64,000 nucleotides of DNA. Origin: the human T2T-CHM13v2.0 reference genome, Homo sapiens. The stretch is taken from NCBI RefSeq assembly GCF_009914755.1, contig NC_060936.1. The stretch is one strand, 5' to 3'. Below the pieces are notes generated by a model. That model saw only the letters and a program-made list of their open reading frames with translations, was not told the origin of the DNA and searched no databases. This document shows, in pieces, positions 54,980 to 64,000 of the stretch (position 1 is its first letter; the number at the start of each line of letters is the position of its first letter). Made by a program: the position numbers and the translations under genes.

Positions 54980-56265
54980 CTAACATTCTTCTGATGGTTT
55001 TGAATTTTCGGGTTTTTAACCTCAAAGAGCTCTTTTTTTTATTGTTTTATTTTTGAAATAGCAGATGTATATAGGTATAGTTTGTGGTGGATGCAATATC
55101 GGTTGATATCTCTGAAAATTCTAAGTGGATTTTTAAAATTCTTGATGTTGTTTTTTAGCTTCTCTTCTTCTCCCTGAATTATCTCCATTACCTCTGGGAT
55201 CAGTTTTTGCTATTTACTTGTCTTGAATATTTTCTTACACATGCTGGTAAATTCTGCTTAGTGATCCTAGGTTTTCTCTTTGCATTTACAACAAATGACT
55301 GAGTAGTTGGGATGGGTTTACTTTTATATTAGTAGGTCTATTTCCTGATATACTTTCTCATTCCTTTAGTGGGAAGTCTGACTGGAAACCCCATGTAGTT
55401 GAGGGGGAGAGGTTCACTGACAGGACTGTTTTAGGATAAGTGAGCAGGGAGCCAGCAATCAGGTACTAATCTCCCAAATTCCAGATTGAGGAAGGCTTTA
55501 CTTTGAGACTCAAATTTCCATACCATAATCCATAGATGTTCTCCTATGGTTTATTCAAGAGGTTTGTTCAGGAAGTATTGATAACAATGATAAAAACTAT
55601 TGATATTGCTACTATTTATATAGTATCATGTGCTAGACACTGTCTTAAGCACATCACATATGTAAATTCATTTACTACTTACAAAAATCTTATGAGTTAG
55701 GTACTATTATTATCCCGCTTTCATGCACAGGGAAATGGAGGCACAGAGAGGTTAAATAATCTGCCCAAAGTTACAGAGTTAGTAAATGGCAGAAGCAGAC
55801 TTTGAACCAAGATAACTTGCTCCACAGTCCATTCTTTTAACCTCCACGTTATGTTGCTGGGCTGATTGCCCTCTGTGAACAGACGGGACACAGGGTAACT
55901 AAGCCAAGTAACTAAGGTCATATGCAGACCTTAGTTTTCACACACAGAACTGCTATCTGCTCCAGGTTTCTCTATTTTCTACTAACTCCAAGCTTGTGGT
56001 TGCTCCAACTTTGCTACTGGTAAAGCTCCCACCTAATCATAGCCCCTCTTTTAGAAATTCTGTGCTATTTATCTGCCTAGAACCTTCCATCTGCTTCCTG
56101 TCATCCAGAAATTTGTTGACATTTCTCATTCACTAATGATCAATGCTCTTCACATCCTTTCCCAAATAACTTTTATTCTTTATTCTTTTTTGTGCTTCTA
56201 TATTTCTATTTCAGTGGACTCTCAGGAAGCCCGGATCATAAATGTGTGCTCAATTTGCCATCTTG
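54980..56265 (-). mobile_element. 5' region of an older L1M; probably continues 47640-48097 across the L1MA insertion
   Basis: T-rich L1-like sequence ending at GCCATCTTG (56256-56264), the usual L1 5'-terminal YY1 motif. Confidence 0.45.
55610..55855 (-). mobile_element. MIR
   Basis: 'ggaaatggaggcacagagaggttaaataatctgcccaaagttacag'. Confidence 0.85.
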
Positions 56266-56939
56266 AAATAACTTCGAAAGGAAATATATTTCTATGGATA
56301 TTTTTGCTCTGTTGAAGTTATGTTGTGCAAAGAAGTATAGATTCAATTGGTACCATTCATTTCCACTTATTTCTTTTACACTTATATATGATTAAGAAAG
56401 ATATACATTATCACCCTGGGTATAGAATTTAATAAGTATGGGTTCCAAACATATTATTCTGCATAATTTTCACTAGAAGTCCAGCTAGATATTTAATGGG
56501 CTGCAGAAAAGCTGTATTTAAGCTGAAATAACTTTCAATGTTCTGAGTGCTTCGGTGAAGCAATACTTTAGGAAAATGTGAGGGATGGTAGTCTGTACTT
56601 CAGAATTCAGTGAGTTCCTAAGAAATCATCTGAAGTGGTTGATGGGATGCTTATTCTATGTTTGCAAAATGCTCAATATCAAAACAAAAGAGTTTATTTT
56701 TTCTTACAAAATGTTCAGTACTTTTCTTCTATGGCTATTGTAAGAATTAAATCACCTAATAAGTATATATAAAAGCATAAGGACGAGCACATTGTAGGTA
56801 CTTGGTAAACACTTGGTTGGCCCTTTGTATTATTTTAATTAGGCTAAAACTCCATTGTGGAGTTGTGGAATCAACTCAATCTGAAGCATGAAGGTTAGAA
56901 TCTGAAAATTTAATTTGATATGCAGAAGAGAATGCAATG

Positions 56940-57205
56940 TAGAGATGTAGTTAAACTCACAGACTATGGAGTCATACGAACTGAGGTTTGAGTCATATCT
57001 CTACCTCTTGGTTGTGTGTCTTCTTATGACTCAGTTTCCTCATCTGTAAAATGGAGATTACAATAGTATCTACTTTGTGCAATTATCAAAAGGATTAAAT
57101 GGGAGAATGTGTAAAGACTTTAATGCATTATAAAATGGACACGAAGTACTTAGCACGTTATGCAATACATAGTAAATGCTCAATAGATATTATCTGCTAT
57201 TATAA
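56940..57205 (+). mobile_element. MIR
   Basis: MIR core 'ctcagtttcctcatctgtaaaatggagat'. Confidence 0.85.
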
Positions 57206-57561
57206 TGATTGATTGCAACACTCATACATTATGAGTATCTTTTACACCTCTAAAATTTTTTCAAAACCATGGAACATGAAGCTACTGGGTGGTAATGTTA
57301 TCTTCCCAGCACGTTATGCTTTAGAGACTCATTTTCTTTTTTTTTTTTTTTTTATTATTATACTTTAAGTTTTAAGGTACATGTGCACAATGTGCAGGTT
57401 AGTTACATATGTATACATGTGCCACGCTGGTGAGCTGCACCCACTAACTCGTCATCTAGCATTAGGTATATCTCCCAGTGCTATCCCTCCCCCCTCCCCC
57501 CACCCCACAACAGTCCCCAGAGTGTGATGTTCCCCTTCCTGTGTCCATGTGATCTCATTGT

Positions 57562-61413
<3,852 letters not shown>

Positions 61414-61449
61414 TTAGTTGATGCAGTTTCTTCCTAGTCTCGATGGTCT

Positions 61450-62462
61450 TTACATTTTGGCATGATTTTGCAGCAGCTGGTACTGGTTGTTCTTTTCCAT
61501 GTTTAGTGCTTCCTTCAGGAGCTCTTTTAGGGCAGGCCTGGTGGTGACAAAATCTCTCAGCATTTGCTTGTCTGTAAAGTATTTTATTTCTCCTTCACTT
61601 ATGAAGCTTAGTTTGGCTGGATATGAAATTCTGGGTTGAAAATTCTTTTAAGAATGTTGAATATTGGCCCCCACTCTTTTCTGGCTTGTAGAGTTTCTGC
61701 CGAGAGATCCGCTGTTAGTCTGATGGGCTTCCCTTTGAGGGTAATCCGACCTTTCTCTCTGGCTGCCCTTAACATTTTTTCCTTCATTTCAACTTTGGTG
61801 AATCTGACAATTATGTGTCTTGGAGTTGCTCTTCTCGAGGAGTATCTTTGTGGCGTTCTCTGTATTTCCTGAATCTGAACGTTGGCCTGCCTTGCTAGAT
61901 TGGGGAAGTTCTCCTGGATAATATCCTGCAGAGTGTTTTCCAACTTGGTTCCATTCTCCCCATCACTTTCAGGTCCACCAGTCAGACGTAGATTTGGTCT
62001 TTTCACATAGTCCCATATTTCTTGGAGGCTTTGCTCATTTCTTTTTATTCTTTTTTCTCTAAACTTCCCTTCTCCCTTCATTTCATTCATTTCATCTTCC
62101 ATTGCTGATACCCTTTCTTCAAGTTGATCACATCGGCTCCTGAGGCTTCTGCATTCTTCACGTAGTTCTTGAGCCTTGGTTTTCAGCTCCATCAGCTCCT
62201 TTAAGCACTTCTCTGTATTGGTTATTCTAGTTATACATTCTTCTAAATTTTTTTCAAAGTTTTCAACTTCTTTGCCTTTGGTTTGAATGTCCTCCCATAG
62301 CTCAGAGTAATTTGATCGTCTGAAGCCTTCTTCTCTCAGCTCGTCAAGGCGTTCTCCGTCCAGCTTTGTTCCGTTGCTGGTGAGGAACTGCGTTCCTTTG
62401 GAGGAGGAGAGGTGCTCTGCTTTTTAGAGTTTCCAGTTTTTCTGTTCTGTTTTTTTCCCCAT
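61450..62462 (-). pseudogene. ORF1: L1 ORF1, frameshifted
   Basis: ATG at 62462; +1 A in the A-run at 62450-62456 gives a stop at codon 13; -1 nt near 62348; -4 nt near 61645 (ILK-RIF instead of ILKEKNF). Confidence 0.93.
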
Positions 62463-63367
62463 CTTTGTGGTTTTATCTACTTTTGGTCTTTGATGATGGT
62501 GATGTACAGATGGGTTTTTGGTGTGGATGTCCTTTCTGTTTGTTAGTTTTCCTTCTAACAGACAGGACCCTCAGCTGCAGGTCTGTTGCAGTACCCTGCC
62601 GTGTGAGGTGTCAATGTGCCCTTGCTGGGGGGTGCCTCCCAGTTAGGCTGCTCGGGGGTCAGGGGTCAGGGACCCACTTGAGGAGGCAGTCTGCCCGTTC
62701 TCAGATCTCCAGCTGCGTGCTGGGAGAACCACTGCTCTCTTCAAAGCTGTCAGACAGGGACATTTAAGTCTGCAGAGGTTACTGCTGTCTTTTTGTCTAT
62801 GCCCTGCCCCCAGAGGTGGAGCCTACAGAGGCAGGCAGTCCTCCTTGAGCTGTGGTGGGCTCCACCCAGTTCGAGCTTCCCCGCTGCTTTGTTTACCTAA
62901 GCAAGCCTGGGCAATGGCGGGCGCCCCTCCCCCAGCCTCGCTGCCACCTTGCAGTTTGATCTCAGACTGCTGTGCTAGCAATCAGTGAGACTCCGTGGGC
63001 ATAGGACCCTCCGAGCCAGGTGCGGGATATAATCTCCTGGTGTGCCGTTTTTTTAAGCCCGTCAGAAAAGCACAGTATTAGGGTGGGAGTGACCCGATTT
63101 TCCAGGTGCCGTCCGTCACCCCTTTCTTTGACTAGGAAAGGGAACTCCCTGACCCCATGCGCTTCCCGAGTGAGGCAACACCTCACCCTGCTTCGGCTCG
63201 CGCACGGTGCACGCACCCACTGACCTGCGCCCACTCTCTGGCACTTCCTAGTGAGATGAACCCGGTACCTCAGATGGAAATGCAGAAATCACCCATCTTC
63301 TGCGTCGCTCAGGCTGGGAGCTGTAGACTGGAGCTGTTCCTATTTGGTCATCTTGGCTCTGCAAGTC
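62463..63367 (-). promoter_or_regulatory. L1 5'UTR: internal sense promoter (- strand) and antisense promoter (+ strand)
   Basis: Canonical L1PA 5'UTR sequence; antisense splice donors CAG|GTGCGG (~63020) and CAG|GTGCCG (~63106) are retained. Confidence 0.85.
62914..62988 (+). pseudogene. ORF0: Truncated ORF0 (24 aa)
   Basis: MAGAPPPASLPPCSLISDCCASNQ*, with CGA>TGA at codon 25. Confidence 0.85.
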
Positions 63368-63461
63368 GAGACTCATTTTCTCATCGAGTATTTGGTGGAA
63401 CTGTAGTCTCTGGGGATGTTTTGAGACAAAAAATTTTATGTTCAAATAAGAAAACAAACCA

Positions 63462-63730
63462 GGCCAGTCATGGTGGTCCACACCTGTAATCTCAGAACTT
63501 TGGGAGGCCCAGGTGGGTAGATCACTTGAGCCCAGGAGTTCGAGACAAGCCTGGGCAACATGGCAAAACTCTGCCTCTACTCAAAAAAAAAAAAAAAAGG
63601 CAAAAATTAGCCAGGTGTCATGGTGTGCACCTGTAGTCCCAGCTAATCAGGAGGCTGAGGGAGCAGGAGGTTGCAGTGTCCTGAGATGGCGCCACTGCAC
63701 TCCAGCCTGGGCAAAAAAAAAAAAACAAAA
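63462..63730 (+). mobile_element. AluJ-like element with a right-arm deletion and an expanded middle A-tract
   Basis: 'gatcacttgagcccaggagttcgagac..gcctgggcaaca' (J-type); 'gaggctgagg|gagcaggaggttgcagtg' lacks about 20 nt. Confidence 0.85.
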
Positions 63731-64000
63731 AACATTGCATCCCACTTTGCATAATAAAGGTCTAACAAATTTTACCTTAAAAAAAAAATCTCCTTAACTT
63801 TATTTAATCCAGAGTTTCCTCCAAACTCCATGTTCACATACTAGCATTTACAACCTCCAGTACCAATGTTATGAAACATATTTTGAGAAATGCTGCTTTC
63901 TGTCTTTAGGTCTAAGAACATTCAGTTTTATTTTATTGGGATAGTACTCTTAGTGATTGTTAGATAGGTTTTAACTTCATGCTTCTAACTATCTAAATCA

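Noticed and set aside
53334-54994. Cluster of 60-218 aa ORFs on both strands
   Set aside because: They lie in the GC-rich L1MA 5'UTR, where stop codons are scarce; no protein similarity.
57152-57319. 12-bp direct repeat AGCACGTTATGC near the L1 3' junction
   Set aside because: About one such nearby 12-mer match is expected by chance in 64 kb, and no insertion structure lies between the copies.
57324-57337. Both L1PA TSDs contain CATTTTC
   Set aside because: Largely explained by L1 endonuclease preference for T-rich nick sites; not evidence of sequence-specific targeting.
57485-57507. G-quadruplex motif on the minus strand
   Set aside because: Standard feature of the L1PA 3'UTR, not specific to this locus.

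Overview
Primate genomic DNA, most likely human or another African great ape: it carries an AluYd-type Alu and an L1PA2/late-L1PA3 with the 129-bp 5'UTR deletion. The window is AT-rich, dominated by repeats, and looks intronic or intergenic. I could not identify any cellular protein-coding exon, RNA gene or CpG island. The only real coding sequence is LINE-1: a full-length minus-strand L1 at 57338-63367 with a 14-bp TSD, a triple-frameshifted ORF1, and an ORF2 broken by a single nonsense codon. The rest is an older near-full-length L1MA, nested L1M/L1MB stacks, solo MaLR/ERV LTRs (several with perfect 5-bp TSDs), Alus, MIR/L2/L3 fragments, MER20 and Tigger3. I found no supportable new multi-gene system. 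The most interesting signals are footprints of unusual retrotransposition or repair events. (1) A TSD-flanked, tail-less L1PA6-like copy, apparently internally primed, consisting of the promoter, an open ORF0 and part of ORF1. (2) A probable ancient L1 3' transduction. (3) An 83-bp TPRT micro-insertion that splits a MIR. (4) An 85-bp locally templated insertion inside a CT microsatellite. (5) A mutated YY1 site in the young full-length L1. Repeat subfamily names come from my recall of consensus sequences and should be confirmed with RepeatMasker/Dfam. Boundaries without a TSD are approximate.
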